NCBI GenBank assembly: GCA_029974275.1
Contig: JARKSN010000333.1
Span: forward strand, 1 to 27,191
Length of the DNA: 27,191 bases
Source of the DNA: Candidatus Hydrogenedentota bacterium
GTDB lineage: Bacteria; Hydrogenedentota; Hydrogenedentia; Hydrogenedentales; SLHB01
Direction of reading: 5' to 3'
Below, in pieces: positions 26,599-27,191 of this stretch. The translations under genes were made by a program, and so were the position numbers. The notes beneath the pieces are model-generated. The model saw only the letters and a list, made by a program, of their open reading frames with translations, did no database searches and was not told where the DNA came from. Position 1 is the first letter of the stretch, and the number at the start of each line of letters is the position of its first letter.

Positions 26599-27191
26599 CT
26601 ATTTATTGGGACATGCACAAGGCTCTCCTGTGCGCTTGTCTGGTTTAGTGAAGGACTTGGAGCCGCCGATTTGCACCGCACGCCAATAGAGCCACGCGCA
26701 CGCTTTACAGAGTTGTCTTCCAGCATATGACCCTCCACAGGTTGACCTCATGTTCTTATAAAAATCACGGTCGCACTGTGGCTTTGTTTTGCTTTTGTAT
26801 TCTCCACAGCCACTATAGCAATTGTCATGTTCTTGGCATGCCGGGCTGAATTTCTTGCTAAACGGATTGCAGTATTCCGGAACAACAGCCTCACCTACTC
26901 CTTCTCCTGCTCCACACGGCCCCCGTTGCCACCCCAGTCCCAACGGGTCAAGAAAATTGATAGGATTTCCTACGACATAGGCACGGAGATTGGGCCCATC
27001 CAACATCCCGGCTGGGTCTGGCGATATCCAACGCTGCAATGTTGGCGAGTAGAACCTATACGGAGCACCGTATAGCTGCGCAGTCGCGTCCCATTCATGT
27101 CCCGTAAATAGAAGTCTTTCTGAGGTGCCCGATGTACTATACATCGTGCCATATGGTGTATACGCAAATTCACCCAGAGCACTTCGATTCG
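26599..27191 (-). CDS. Rhs repeat-associated core protein with phospholipase A2-like C-terminal toxin domain; 5' truncated by window
   Basis: Frame open to window edge (EFAYTPYG...FTGHEWD...RFYSPTLQRWISPDPAG..GPNLRAYVVGNPINFLDPLGL); tip contains ACQEHDNCY and CDRDFYKNM. Confidence 0.88.
   Translation of the reverse strand, partial: NRSALGEFAYTPYGTMYSTSGTSERLLFTGHEWDATAQLYGAPYRFYSPTLQRWISPDPAGMLDGPNLRAYVVGNPINFLDPLGLGWQRGPCGAGEGVGEAVVPEYCNPFSKKFSPACQEHDNCYSGCGEYKSKTKPQCDRDFYKNMRSTCGGSYAGRQLCKACAWLYWRAVQIGGSKSFTKPDKRTGEPCACPNK

Noticed and set aside
1..27191. CRISPR array, tRNA or rRNA genes
   Set aside because: No regularly spaced direct repeats or RNA gene signatures seen by manual reading.

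Overview
GC-rich bacterial chromosomal window, probably from an anaerobe or facultative anaerobe; the gene mix is reminiscent of Ca. Hydrogenedentes or PVC-type genomes, which is a weak inference only. Housekeeping and metabolic genes: 3' part of metH, FHA-GAF adenylate cyclase, 4Fe-4S protein, rsgA, two glycoside hydrolases, aspS, a UroD/methyltransferase-like protein, GTP-dependent PEP carboxykinase, and a minus-strand run (SCO, ThuA, SGNH, ABC solute-binding protein, Gfo/Idh/MocA, YfhO-like, TPR). The right end is a low-GC accessory island with a transposase remnant, an Rhs fragment, and an Rhs toxin whose tip resembles phospholipase A2, followed by a candidate lipoprotein immunity gene. 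Three signals stand out. (1) A tandem array of four 43-56 aa genes at 16561-17441, each with an RBS, sharing an MK(G)H-type basic leader and an amphipathic core; one is absent from the ORF track. (2) A ~140 bp non-coding element present twice in inverted orientation, 13 kb apart. (3) A structured ~190 nt region with an 18-codon uORF upstream of rsgA.
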